A DNA stretch of 64,000 nt. Origin: an uncultured Actinomycetes bacterium. GTDB lineage: Bacteria; Actinomycetota; JAICYB01. The notes beneath the pieces are model-generated. The model made no database searches, was not told the origin of the DNA, and worked only from the letters and a program-made list of their open reading frames with translations. The position numbers and the translations under genes are program-made. This document shows positions 20,322 to 37,797 of the stretch, piece by piece (position 1 is the stretch's first letter; the number at the start of each line of letters is the position of its first letter). Where the stretch lies: assembly GCA_963789445.1 (NCBI GenBank), contig CAWBKS010000001.1:1680497-1744496 (forward strand). Reading direction: 5' to 3'.

Positions 20322-21515
20322 TTACTTGGTGATGGTCGTGACGCGGCCTGCACCCACCGTCCGGCCACCTTCACGGATGGCGAAGCGCTGACCTTCCTGC
20401 ATAGCGATCGGGGTGATGAGCTCGACGTTCATCTCGGTGTTGTCACCAGGCATGACCATCTCGACACCCTCGGGCAACGCCAGGTTGCCGGTCACGTCCG
20501 TCGTCCGGAAGTAGAACTGCGGCCGGTAGCCCGAGAAGAAGGGGCTGTGCCGTCCGCCCTCGTCCTTGGACAGGATGTAGACCTGAGCGCCGAACTCGGT
20601 GTGCGGGGTGATGGAGCCGGGCGCGCAGATGACCATCCCGCGCTCGATCTCCTCACGGTCGACGCCGCGGAGGAGGATGCCGACGTTGTCACCGGCCTGC
20701 GCGTCATCCAGGATCTTCCGGAACATCTCGAGTGATGTGGCCACCGTTTCCTTCTGCTGGCCCATACCGACGATCTGGATCTTTGCGCCCGGCGTGATCT
20801 TGCCGCGCTCCACGCGTCCGGTGGCAACGGTGCCTCGTCCGGTGATCGTGAACACGTCCTCGACGGCCATGAGGAACGCCTGGTCGACGTCGCGGACGGG
20901 CTCGGGGATGTTCGAGTCACAGGCCGCGACGAGCTCGAGGATGGCTTGCTCCATCGCCTCGTCACCCTGGAGGGCCTTGAGAGCCGATCCGCGGATTACG
21001 GGAAGGTCGTCGCCGGGGAACTCGTTGTTGGACAGCAGCTCACGTACCTCGAGCTCGACGAGGTCGAGGATCTCGGGGTCGTCGACGAGGTCGACCTTGT
21101 TCAAGAAGACGACGATGTAGGGGACTCCGACCTGCTTGGCCAGCAGCACGTGTTCGCGCGTCTGCGGCATGGGGCCGTCGTCTGCGGCCACAACGAGAAT
21201 GGCGCCGTCCATCTGGGCGGCGCCGGTGATCATGTTCTTGATGTAGTCGACGTGTCCGGGGCAGTCGACGTGCGCGTAGTGGCGAGCCTCGGACTCGTAC
21301 TCAACGTGCGTGATCGCGATCGTGATGCCGCGCTCACGCTCTTCCGGAGCGTTGTCGATGTTCTCAAAGGCCACGGCCTGATTGATCGCGCTGGGATTGT
21401 GCTTGGCCAGGGTGGATGTGATGGCAGCCGTCAGCGTCGTTTTGCCGTGGTCGATATGCCCGATCGTGCCGATGTTGACGTGTGGCTTGTTCCGCTCAAA
21501 CTTCGCCTTGGCCAT
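20322..21515 (-). CDS. tuf: elongation factor Tu
   Basis: Intact 397 aa, [33 protein letters not shown]...[26 protein letters not shown]... Confidence 0.97.
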   Translation of the reverse strand: MAKAKFERNKPHVNIGTIGHIDHGKTTLTAAITSTLAKHNPSAINQAVAFENIDNAPEERERGITIAITHVEYESEARHYAHVDCPGHVDYIKNMITGAAQMDGAILVVAADDGPMPQTREHVLLAKQVGVPYIVVFLNKVDLVDDPEILDLVELEVRELLSNNEFPGDDLPVIRGSALKALQGDEAMEQAILELVAACDSNIPEPVRDVDQAFLMAVEDVFTITGRGTVATGRVERGKITPGAKIQIVGMGQQKETVATSLEMFRKILDDAQAGDNVGILLRGVDREEIERGMVICAPGSITPHTEFGAQVYILSKDEGGRHSPFFSGYRPQFYFRTTDVTGNLALPEGVEMVMPGDNTEMNVELITPIAMQEGQRFAIREGGRTVGAGRVTTITK

Positions 21516-21569
21516 GCTTCCTTCCCTTTCCCTCTCTGGCTTTTTTTGCTCTCCGAACGGCCTAAGACC

Positions 21570-21601
21570 GCCGACCGGGCGGTTCGGGAGCGATGCTCCC
21601 G
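21570..21601 (-). terminator. two adjacent short GC hairpins (CCGCC-gaccg-GGCGG and GGGAGC-gat-GCTCCC) between fusA and tuf, followed on the mRNA by an A-rich leader (gagcaaaaaaagccagagagggaaagggaaggaagc-ATG)
   Basis: Seen directly. Transcription attenuators or processing sites are common in the fusA-tuf spacer. There is no clear U-tract. Confidence 0.3.
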
Positions 21602-21628
21602 CCTTCTCGGATCAGCGGTCTTGATGTT

Positions 21629-23803
<2,175 letters not shown>

Positions 23804-23892
23804 TTCCTCTTCTCGGAGGTTTCTTTCACCGCGAGCCGCGGCAAAGCGCTCGCCCGGGCTCCTACCCGGCCGCGCGTAATGCGGTTAGGGGA

Positions 23893-24363
23893 TTACCAGC
23901 GGTAGTGGGCAAAGGCTCGGTTCGCCTCCGCCATGCGGTGCTGGTCCTCGCGTTTCTTCACGGCGGCACCTGTTCCTTGGAGAGCATCGAGCAACTCCGA
24001 GCTCAGCTTGTCCGCCATCCCTTTTCCTTTGCGATCCTGCGCTACGCCGACGATCCAGCGGATCGCGAGCGAGGTACCTCGGCGCTGCGGCACCTCGACG
24101 GGCACCTGATAAGTGGCACCGCCGACACGCCGCGACCGGACCTCGAGCATCGGCTTCACGTTGTCGACCGCCTTCTTGAGCGCCGGAACGGGCTCCATCC
24201 CCGATCGCTGCGTCAGTTGGTCGAGCGCTTGGTAGACGATCCGTTCGGCAAGGGTCTTCTTGCCGCTCTGCATGACCTTGTTCACAAGCTGCGCTACCAG
24301 CCGGTCCTGATGGATCGGGTCGGGACGAAGCTCGCGCTTGGGTACTGCGCCACGACGAGGCAA
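23893..24363 (-). CDS. rpsG: 30S ribosomal protein S7 (uS7)
   Basis: A TTG start at 24363 gives (M)[155 protein letters not shown]. The long ORF 23893-24639 upstream of this is out of context. Confidence 0.9.
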   Translation of the reverse strand: MPRRGAVPKRELRPDPIHQDRLVAQLVNKVMQSGKKTLAERIVYQALDQLTQRSGMEPVPALKKAVDNVKPMLEVRSRRVGGATYQVPVEVPQRRGTSLAIRWIVGVAQDRKGKGMADKLSSELLDALQGTGAAVKKREDQHRMAEANRAFAHYRW

Positions 24364-24365
24364 CC

Positions 24366-24737
24366 TCAGCTCCCTCGCTTGGCGCCGTACTTCGAGCGGC
24401 TCTGCTTGCGTCCGCTCACACCGGCCGTGTCGAGCGACCCGCGAACGATCTTGTACCGGACGCCCGGGAGGTCGCGTACGCGTCCACCGCGGACCAGCAC
24501 GATCGAGTGCTCCTGGAGGTTGTGCTGCTCGCCGGGGATGTAAGCCGTCACTTCGACGCCCGACGACAGACGCACGCGAGCGATCTTCCTGAGTGCCGAG
24601 TTGGGTTTCTTGGGGGTAGCCGTGTGCACGCGGACGCAAACACCACGGCGCTGAGGTGCGCCTTTGAGGTGCGGCGTCTTGATCTTGGTGCGGGGGACCT
24701 TGCGGCCCTTCCGAACCAGCTGCTGAATCGTCGGCAC
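24366..24737 (-). CDS. rpsL: 30S ribosomal protein S12 (uS12)
   Basis: Intact 123 aa, [100 protein letters not shown]... Confidence 0.95.
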   Translation of the reverse strand: MPTIQQLVRKGRKVPRTKIKTPHLKGAPQRRGVCVRVHTATPKKPNSALRKIARVRLSSGVEVTAYIPGEQHNLQEHSIVLVRGGRVRDLPGVRYKIVRGSLDTAGVSGRKQSRSKYGAKRGS

Positions 24738-24849
24738 GTCGGTATCCCTTTATCTATGTCGATCGCCGGAAGTGCCCAGCCCCGGTTGGGGCCGAAACCG
24801 GCACAAGCGAACGCCCGGACCCGATACTTCTGGGGCCGGACAGCGACCT

Positions 24850-24879
24850 AACTTATCAACGTAGACAGGATAGCGTCAA
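24850..24879 (-). promoter_or_regulatory. candidate sigma-A-type promoter of the rpsL-rpsG-fusA-tuf (str) operon
   Basis: Minus strand reads GTTGACGctatcctgtctacgttgaTAAGTTagg. That is a -35 TTGACG, an 18-nt spacer, and a -10 TAAGTT preceded by TGn (extended -10). It lies about 105 nt upstream of the rpsL ATG, and the -35 box starts 5 nt after the stop of the upstream wHTH gene. Confidence 0.4.
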
Positions 24880-24883
24880 CGCC

Positions 24884-25270
24884 CTACGCAGGGCGTATGC
24901 CGTTCGCGCGACGGAGACCGAAAACGTCGATGCGATAGCCACGATCGCGGACGGTGATTATGTACTTCCCGAGGCCGCCGAGCATCTGTCTCACCCGGCA
25001 CACCTCCACGTCCACGGCTCGCGACCGCTTGGGCAGAGCTTCTCCGTGAGCGGCTGCGTAAAGGTCGTCCCGCGACACCACCGCCCCGTCGGCCGCGATG
25101 AGGCAGGCCACCATCTGGATCTTGGAGACGGTCATCGCAACGGTTTGGCCGTCCACGCGGATCTCGCACAGATGCCCTGGTGAGAGCCAGAGCGGGCCGC
25201 ACTGCACGGCATCCGGCGCCTGGGGCAGGTCCGGCGAGTGAGATTCCACAGCCGCCGAGTCGCTCATCAC
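24884..25270 (-). CDS. stand-alone OmpR/PhoB-type winged-helix DNA-binding protein (Trans_reg_C domain only, no receiver domain)
   Basis: The 128-aa ORF reads ...LSPGHLCEIRVDGQTVAMTVSKIQMVACLIAADGAVVSRDDLYAAAHGEALPKRSRAVDVEVCRVRQMLGGLGKYIITVRDRGYRIDV. This matches the OmpR C-terminal effector-domain consensus (V..DG..V.LT..EF.LL..L....G.V.SR..L...VWG.......R.VDVHI.RLR.KL......I.TVRG.GYRF). Confidence 0.5.
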   Translation of the reverse strand: MMSDSAAVESHSPDLPQAPDAVQCGPLWLSPGHLCEIRVDGQTVAMTVSKIQMVACLIAADGAVVSRDDLYAAAHGEALPKRSRAVDVEVCRVRQMLGGLGKYIITVRDRGYRIDVFGLRRANGIRPA

Positions 25271-25329
25271 CCTGAACGGTAGCCACGGCGAGTTTCACCG
25301 AGGCGTCGCTAGGTTTCAGCCTCGTAACG

Positions 25330-26043
25330 TCAGGGCTGCCGACGGGCATGGACGAATCCCTCGATCGCTCCTTTGGCACCGCCGACGGCCGACTTGATGT
25401 GGCTCTCGACCGTCCAACCGGCAGCGGCGATCCCACGCTCGGCGGACCCCACCGCTTGGGCCAGGGCCTCCGAGTCTGTCGGCGCCTCCGCGAGCCGGAG
25501 CTCGAACATCGGCTTGACCAAGCCGATGAGTTCTGCCGAAGCACTGAAGCTCAAAACCCCTACCTGTCCAACGGCGTCGCTCAGGGATAGATACGAGACA
25601 TCTATGGTCACCAGATCAACGGGATCGGGCACGAGCTCTTGATCGAGGTCCGCCACGTTCGTTGCTTCGAGGTTCACGACTCGGGCATCTTGCCGAAGGG
25701 AGCCCAGCAGTTGTCCGTGACCGGCGTCCACGGCGTACACCCGCCGCGCTCCCCTCGCGAGAAGCTCCGCGGTGAATCCGCCGGCGGCAGCTCCGATGTC
25801 TACGCACGTCTTGTCCTGAACAACGATGCCGAAGGCAACGATGGCTTCGCGAAGCTTCTCGGAGCCGCGGAGATCGGCATCTTCGACTACGACGATCGAC
25901 GCCCCGCGCTCGACACGCGAATCGGGATTAGCGACAACGCTCCCGTTAACGCGAACGCGGCCCGCGTCGATCGCGGACCGCGCATCGCTAAGATCGGGTC
26001 GAACACGAACGAGCTCGTCGATGAGACGAACTCTCCGCGCCAC
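25330..26043 (-). CDS. tlyA: TlyA-family rRNA (cytidine-2'-O)-methyltransferase (S4 domain plus FtsJ-like methyltransferase; annotated as haemolysin A in mycobacteria)
   Basis: Intact 237 aa, MARRVRLIDELVRVRPDLSDARSAIDAGRVRVNGSVVANPDSRVERGASIVVV... (S4 fold) then ...KTCVDIGAAAGGFTAELLARGARRVYAVDAGHGQL... (SAM motif I) ...LVTIDVSYLSL...LVKPMFE. Confidence 0.85.
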   Translation of the reverse strand: MARRVRLIDELVRVRPDLSDARSAIDAGRVRVNGSVVANPDSRVERGASIVVVEDADLRGSEKLREAIVAFGIVVQDKTCVDIGAAAGGFTAELLARGARRVYAVDAGHGQLLGSLRQDARVVNLEATNVADLDQELVPDPVDLVTIDVSYLSLSDAVGQVGVLSFSASAELIGLVKPMFELRLAEAPTDSEALAQAVGSAERGIAAAGWTVESHIKSAVGGAKGAIEGFVHARRQP

Positions 26044-26045
26044 GA

Positions 26046-29965
<3,920 letters not shown>

Positions 29966-29968
29966 GGC

Positions 29969-32900
29969 TTAGAGCTCCTCTCCGGCGCTCGCGCGCTCGG
30001 GTCTTGAGAGGTCGATGCCCAGTTCTTCCTGGACGCGGTAGTCCTCGTCCGTCTCCTTGACTTCGATCTGCTTACCTTCGGCCGAGAGAACCTCGACGTT
30101 CAGACAGAGCGACTGCATCTCCTTGATCAGAACCTTGAAGGACTCCGGGATGCCGGGCTCGGGGATGTTCTCTCCCTTCACAACGGCTTCGTAGACCTTC
30201 ACGCGCCCGAGCACGTCGTCGGACTTCACGGTCAGCAGCTCTTGAAGCGCGAACGCTGCGCCGTAAGCCTCCAGGGCCCAGACCTCCATCTCTCCGAAGC
30301 GCTGGCCGCCGAACTGCGCCTTACCGCCGAGCGGCTGCTGCGTGATCATCGAGTAGGGGCCGGTGGAGCGCGCGTGGATCTTGTCGTCCACGAGGTGGAG
30401 CAGCTTCAGCATGTAGATCATGCCGACGGTGACGGAGGCCTCGAAACGCTCACCGCTGCGCCCGTCCCAAAGGTAGGCGCGGCCGTGCTCGTCGACCAGG
30501 CGCTCGCCCGGCTTTCCGTTCCCTCGATACAAGCCGGGATCGTTGGAGTGGCGGAGCAGGTCCTTGATCTCCTCCTCGCGGGCGCCGTCGAAGACGGGCG
30601 AGGCGATGCGCTGGTTGCCGGCGACCTTTCGGTGCTGGTCGCCCCAGCCCATGTTCTTCATCCACTCCGGCGTCGAGTCGAACTCCCAGCCGGTGTGTGC
30701 AGCCCAACCGAGGTGGGTCTCGAGGATCTGTCCGATGTTCATTCGGGACGGAACCCCAAGTGGGTTCAGGATGATGTCGACCGGTGTTCCGTCGGCGAGG
30801 AACGGCATGTCCTCGACCGGAAGGATCTTCGAGATGACGCCCTTGTTGCCGTGGCGTCCGGCGAGCTTGTCGCCGTCGGAGATCTTCCTCTTCTGGGCGA
30901 CGTACACCCGAACCATCTGGTTCACGCCGGGAGAGAGCTCGTCGCCGCCTTCGCGAGTGAACATCTTGACGCTGATGACGGTGCCGGATTCGCCGTGCGG
31001 AACCTTCAGCGAGGTGTCACGCACGTCGCGCGCCTTCTCACCGAAGATCGCGCGAAGCAAGCGCTCTTCCGGTGTCAGCTCGGACTCGCCCTTGGGCGTG
31101 ACCTTGCCGACCAGGATGTCGCCGGGGTTGACCTCGGCTCCCACGCGGATGATCCCCCGGTCGTCGAGGTCCTTCAGCAGCTCCTCGGAGACGTTGGGGA
31201 TGTCGCGCGTTATCTCTTCCGGGCCGAGCTTGGTGTCGCGGGCTTCGACTTCGTGCTCCTCGATGTGCACCGAGGTGAGGACGTCGTCACGCACCAGCCG
31301 GTCGGACACGATGATCGCGTCCTCGTAGTTGTGGCCTTCCCAGGACATGAACGCGACGAGCAGGTTGCGTCCGAGCGAGATCTCGCCCTGATCGGTGCAC
31401 GGTCCGTCGGCCAGAACCTGGCCGACGGTGACGGCATCGCCTTCGCGAACGATGGGACGCTGGTTGATGCACGTGCCCTGGTTGGAGCGGCCGAACTTGT
31501 TCAGGTAGTAGGTCTGGTCTGAGCCGTCGCGGTGACCGATGGTGACGAAGTCGGCGCACACCTCTTTGACGGTTCCGGCCTTCTCGCACAGCAGGATGTC
31601 GCCACCGTCGGCGGCAGCGCGCAACTCCACACCGGTGCCGATGAGCGGAGCCTCGCTTCGCAGCAACGGAACCGATTGACGCTGCATGTTGGAGCCCATC
31701 AGGGTTCGCGGCGCGTCGTCGTGCTCGAGGAACGGGATGAGCGACGCCGACACCGACACGATCTGTCGCGGTGAGACGTCCATGTAGTCGATGCGGTCCG
31801 GCTCGACGTAGACGACCTCGCCGCGCCGCGACCTGCAAAGGACGTGGTCGTCGGTGAAACGGCCGTTCTCGTCGAGCTGGGCGTTGGCCTGCGCGATGAC
31901 GTACTTGTCCTCTCGATCGGCCGTCAGGTAGTCGAGCTGGTCGGTGACCCGGCCGGCGTCGACCTTGCGGTACGGCGTCTCGATGAACCCGTAGTCGTTG
32001 ACGCGCGCGAAGCTCGCCAGCGACCCGATAAGGCCGATGTTCGGGCCCTCGGGAGTCTCGATCGGGCACATACGTCCGTAGTGGGACGGGTGCACGTCGC
32101 GCACTTCCACGCCGGCGCGCTCGCGCGACAGACCGCCCGGCCCGAGAGCCGAGAGGCGGCGGAGGTGCGTGAGGCGATCCAAGGGGTTGGTCTCCTGCAT
32201 GAACTGCGAGAGCTGCGAAGTTCCGAAGAACTCCTTTATGGCGGCCGTCAGTGGACGGATGTTGACCAGCGACTGCGGCGTGATGGCTTCGGCATCCTGT
32301 GTGGACATGCGCTCCTTGATGACGCGCTCCATGCGGGCCAGACCGATGCGGATCTGGTTGGCGATGAGCTCGCCGACCGAACGCACGCGGCGGTTGCCGA
32401 AGTGGTCGATGTCGTCGATGTCGTGCTCGGGATCGCCCTCATGCAGCGCGAGCAGGTAACGTACGGCCGCGTAGAGGTCTTCCTTGGTCATGATCGTGAC
32501 CTTGTCGGCGAGGTTCAGCCCGAGCTTGGCGTTGACCTTGTAGCGACCGACCTTCGCGAGGTCGTAGCGCTTCGGGTTGAAGTACATGCCCTGCAGGAGC
32601 CCGGCCGCGGACTCCGCCGTGGGCGGCTCGCCCGGACGCAGCTTGCGGTAGATGTCCATGAGCGCTTCGCCCGGTGTGCGGATCTGATCGCGCTCGAGGG
32701 TCTCGCGCATTGCCTCGGACTGACCGAATTCCTTGTAGAGCTTCTCGTCCGGGATCTCCTTCTCGAGCGCGTCGCGATCGATATCTGCTTCGCCGGTGCG
32801 CATGTTGAACTTGAAGGCGTCCAGTGCACGCAGAAGGACGGCCGCACTCTGGCGGCGCTTGCGGTCGATGCGGACGCCCATGGTGTCGCGGCGGTCCATC

Positions 32901-33442
32901 TCGAACTCGAGCCATGCGCCTCGGGCGGGGATGATGCGAAGGGACACGAGCTCACGGTCGGAGGTCTTGTCCAGCGCGCGGTCGAAGTAGATGCCCGGCG
33001 AACGAACGAGCTGCGAGACAACGACGCGCTCGGTGCCGTTGATGATGAAGGTGCCCTTGGCGGTCATCATCGGGAAGTCCCCCATGAAGACCGTCTGTTC
33101 CTTGATCTCACCCGTCTGCTTGTTGACGAAACGGGCCTTGACGAACAAGGGGGCCGAGAAGGTCATGTCCTTCTCGCGGCACTCTTCGACGTCGTGCTTG
33201 GGTGGTTCGAACCAGTGCTCGGCGAACTCTAGGGCTAGGTTGCCGGTGAAGTCCTCGATGGGTGAAACGTCGCGGAAAGCCTCTCCGAGGCCCTCGTCGC
33301 GGAACCAGCCGAAGGACTTGCGCTGGATCGCGAGCAGGTCGGGCAGCTCGAGGATGTCCTTGATCTTCTGGAAAGAGAGTCGTCCAGTTGCTTGGCTCGC
33401 CTCGTTTTGGTCGAGCCGGGTGGACTCCGACAATCGCCTCAC
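29969..33442 (-). CDS. rpoB: DNA-directed RNA polymerase subunit beta
   Basis: Intact 1157-aa ORF, ...[27 protein letters not shown]...[61 protein letters not shown]... The true start may be internal (GTG/TTG). Only 3 nt separate it from the rpoC ATG. Confidence 0.95.
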   Translation of the reverse strand: MRRLSESTRLDQNEASQATGRLSFQKIKDILELPDLLAIQRKSFGWFRDEGLGEAFRDVSPIEDFTGNLALEFAEHWFEPPKHDVEECREKDMTFSAPLFVKARFVNKQTGEIKEQTVFMGDFPMMTAKGTFIINGTERVVVSQLVRSPGIYFDRALDKTSDRELVSLRIIPARGAWLEFEMDRRDTMGVRIDRKRRQSAAVLLRALDAFKFNMRTGEADIDRDALEKEIPDEKLYKEFGQSEAMRETLERDQIRTPGEALMDIYRKLRPGEPPTAESAAGLLQGMYFNPKRYDLAKVGRYKVNAKLGLNLADKVTIMTKEDLYAAVRYLLALHEGDPEHDIDDIDHFGNRRVRSVGELIANQIRIGLARMERVIKERMSTQDAEAITPQSLVNIRPLTAAIKEFFGTSQLSQFMQETNPLDRLTHLRRLSALGPGGLSRERAGVEVRDVHPSHYGRMCPIETPEGPNIGLIGSLASFARVNDYGFIETPYRKVDAGRVTDQLDYLTADREDKYVIAQANAQLDENGRFTDDHVLCRSRRGEVVYVEPDRIDYMDVSPRQIVSVSASLIPFLEHDDAPRTLMGSNMQRQSVPLLRSEAPLIGTGVELRAAADGGDILLCEKAGTVKEVCADFVTIGHRDGSDQTYYLNKFGRSNQGTCINQRPIVREGDAVTVGQVLADGPCTDQGEISLGRNLLVAFMSWEGHNYEDAIIVSDRLVRDDVLTSVHIEEHEVEARDTKLGPEEITRDIPNVSEELLKDLDDRGIIRVGAEVNPGDILVGKVTPKGESELTPEERLLRAIFGEKARDVRDTSLKVPHGESGTVISVKMFTREGGDELSPGVNQMVRVYVAQKRKISDGDKLAGRHGNKGVISKILPVEDMPFLADGTPVDIILNPLGVPSRMNIGQILETHLGWAAHTGWEFDSTPEWMKNMGWGDQHRKVAGNQRIASPVFDGAREEEIKDLLRHSNDPGLYRGNGKPGERLVDEHGRAYLWDGRSGERFEASVTVGMIYMLKLLHLVDDKIHARSTGPYSMITQQPLGGKAQFGGQRFGEMEVWALEAYGAAFALQELLTVKSDDVLGRVKVYEAVVKGENIPEPGIPESFKVLIKEMQSLCLNVEVLSAEGKQIEVKETDEDYRVQEELGIDLSRPERASAGEEL

Positions 33443-33724
33443 TCCCTTCTAGGGCGTCCGCCAGCCGTCAAGGAGAACTACTAATGAACGGCAGGCGAAA
33501 CGGATCCCGGGCACGCAGAAGGGCAAGTGTAGCGCCAGGCAGGCGCAAGCGTCAATAGGCGGCCCTATTTGGGCCAACCGTAGGGTCGTTTATACGCTGC
33601 TGACCGTGGGTCGTCAAGACCCTTATATGACGGATAGGCGGTGTGCCGCTTGCGATTTGCGCTGGTCGCAGGCGTGAGGCGGGGTCTTGGGGGGCTTAAG
33701 GGGGGCGCCGTTTTGCCCCCTTAT

Positions 33725-34309
33725 CTAACGGACGTCGAGGCGGAACAACCAGCAGATCGGCTGGCCGCGTCCGTGCCAGGTCGCGCAGACGTCCATCTGC
33801 CATGGGCCCTTGGGCAGATCGATCGTCAGATCGGTTTCCCGGGCCGGGTCGATCGGTTGCGACGGAGATCCCGACCTCGATCCTTCGAACGGCCGTATGG
33901 ACTCGTCGTCGGGGTCCAGATCGGTGTCGATGCGCAGCAAAGTCTTCTCGCCGGACTTCACCGCGATCGGCTGAGCGGGCGGGACCTGCTCATGGCTGAA
34001 GCACTTCGAAGCCCCGCCGACGTGCTCGGCCCAGCAGAAGGACGCAACGTTTCCGGATTGACGCCCCGCGGCGCTGGTGATCGTTGCACCTCGCGGAGGT
34101 CCGACCCGGACAGGAGTTGGGGTCGGCGCTGCCGACGGCCCGGGTGTAGGCGTCGGCGTCGCGGTCGGTCCGGGCTCGAGGGTTTCGATCGGCACACGGC
34201 GAGGCTCGAACTCGGGTCCCTCGATCTTCACCGTGCCGTCGCCGGATCGTCCCCCACAGGACACGAACAGAAGGGACGCTGCAGCGACGAAGATCAGAAG
34301 TCGGCGCAT
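33725..34309 (-). CDS. hypothetical secreted lipoprotein with a Pro/Thr-rich linker
   Basis: The 194-aa ORF has a signal peptide and lipobox (LLFVSCGG) followed by a PTATPTPTPGPSAAPTPTP linker. No recognisable domain was found. Confidence 0.45.
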   Translation of the reverse strand: MRRLLIFVAAASLLFVSCGGRSGDGTVKIEGPEFEPRRVPIETLEPGPTATPTPTPGPSAAPTPTPVRVGPPRGATITSAAGRQSGNVASFCWAEHVGGASKCFSHEQVPPAQPIAVKSGEKTLLRIDTDLDPDDESIRPFEGSRSGSPSQPIDPARETDLTIDLPKGPWQMDVCATWHGRGQPICWLFRLDVR

Positions 34310-34318
34310 CGGCTGTTG

Positions 34319-36001
<1,683 letters not shown>

Positions 36002-36005
<4 letters not shown>

Positions 36006-36840
36006 GACTGGCGCTCCTGTTTGGCCTGCTCCCAGTATCTCCGCCAGTCGTCGGCGGACAACGATTCGAGCTCCCGTCCGTCGCTCTGCGCGCTGGATTC
36101 CATCGAAGAGAACCGATCCATGAACCTGTCCAACATCGTCCGGAGTGAAGTCTCGGGTTCAATCCCGAAACGCTGAGCAACGCAGACCGCGCGAGAAAAG
36201 AACATCGCCGAGCTCTGATTCGACACGTTCCAGGTCGGGTTCCGGAGCCATCGTCTCGGCTCTCAGCTCGGCGACTTCGTCCTCGAGATCCTTCAGCACG
36301 TCGTCGATGGTCTCGAAAGAGAAGCCGACACCGACGGCGCGCCGGTAGATCTTCGCCGCACGCGCGAGTGCCGGGAGCTCACGCGGGATCCCGGAGAGAA
36401 CTCCCCGTTCCCTTCTCCTCCCGCTTGATGCGCTCCCAGTTCCGGTGAACCTGCTCGGCGTCTGCGACCTCGACGTCACCGAATACGTGGGGATGGCGCC
36501 GCACCAGCTTTTCGCGCAGAGCCGTCCAAGACGTCGGAGACCGTGAACGCGCCCTCTTCGGACGCGATCTTGGCGTGGAACACAACCTGGAGGACGAGAT
36601 CCCCGAGCTCGTCCCGCAACGCCTCGAGGTCGTCGTTGTCGATCGCCTCCAGCGTCTCGTATGTCTCCTCGAGCAAGTGACGCGCCAGGGACGCGTGCGT
36701 CTGTTCGATGTCCCACGGGCAGCCGCCCGGCTCCCGGAGCTTCGCCATCACCTCGACGACACGCCGAAAAGCTTCGGCCGATGGAGCGACGACTCGCTCG
36801 GCGACCTCGGGTGTGAGTTCGGGAGGCGCCGGACACTAAG
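36002..36840 (-). CDS. mazG: MazG-family nucleoside triphosphate pyrophosphohydrolase, 2-3 frameshifts
   Basis: ...[77 protein letters not shown]...[37 protein letters not shown]...ELGDVLFS, then (ORF 36002-36226) [59 protein letters not shown]. The 3' end overlaps the eno start. Confidence 0.6.
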
Positions 36841-37790
36841 GCTGCAAGCTCGGACGGTGCCGGGACGACCTGGACCTGCTCGAGATCGAACACCCCGTAC
36901 TTCGGATTGACGACGATCTTCGCTCGGCGAACGCGCGCCGGCCAGCCACGTTGCGTAGTTCTCCTGACGTTGCGCTTGCGTCATGCGTCGTCCGGATCTC
37001 GTCCTCGGCTTCCTCGAAGGACTTCGTCCGCCTGTCGACGACGTGGTAGATCTCGAAGCCGTCGCCGTCTGGATCGGATCGGTCACTCCGCCGACCACCG
37101 CTGCGCTGACGGCGCTTTGCACCTCCGGTGTAAGGGTCGAGAGAGCGACGTACCCGAGGTCTCCGCCCGTCCGATGCAGCGTCGTCGGTAGACGACTCCT
37201 TCGCGAGGTCTCCGAAGTCCTGACCGTTGTTGACCTTCTCGAGGACGTCCTGCACGTCGGCTTCGGTCCGCGCGGTGATGCGTTCTACGTGGGCCTCGAC
37301 GAAGGCTTGCTTGTTCGTCTCGTACTGCTCCGCTAACGTCGTCGTCGTTGATCTCGATGCCTCGGAGGACACGTTCCTGAAGCGCGAATTCGCGAACGAG
37401 TTGCTCGGCGATCCTGCCGGCCGTCCGCGTTGGAGAGGTTCTGCGCATCCAGGAACTCGGAGACGCTTTGACCTTCGCTCTGCGCTCGTTGTTGCAGGAG
37501 ACGATCGACCTGTCCGCGCGGTCGGCTTGATCCCGAGCTGCTTGGCCTCTTGCTCGGCCACCGTGGAGTAGATGAGACTGCGTCAGGATGTCGCGGCGTC
37601 CGCGGCCTCGCTCGTCCGGGTCGGTGCGCGAGCGCCTCACCGAAAACCGGGTCGCCGCGCAAGCACGTCGAGCTGACGTCTCCACCTCGGCCTCGGTGAT
37701 CTTGTCGCCGTTGACCGTCGCCGCAGCCACAGCCAGCGTGGAGCACGAAGTACCGCAGAGACACAGGCGGCTGCAAGGGGAATCAGGAGG
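36836..37790 (-). CDS. secreted parvulin-type peptidyl-prolyl cis-trans isomerase (PpiC domain; SurA/PrsA-like), at least 3 frameshifts
   Basis: Signal peptide [35 protein letters not shown]. Then ...QVDRLLQQRAQSEGQSVSEFLDAQNLS... and ...AEQYETNKQAFVEAHVERITARTEADVQDVLEKVNNGQDFGDLAKESSTDDASA...GFEIYHVVDRRTKSFEEAEDEIR... (PpiC signature), spread over three frames. Ends at the TAG at 36836. Confidence 0.5.
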
Positions 37791-37797
37791 CGCCGGG

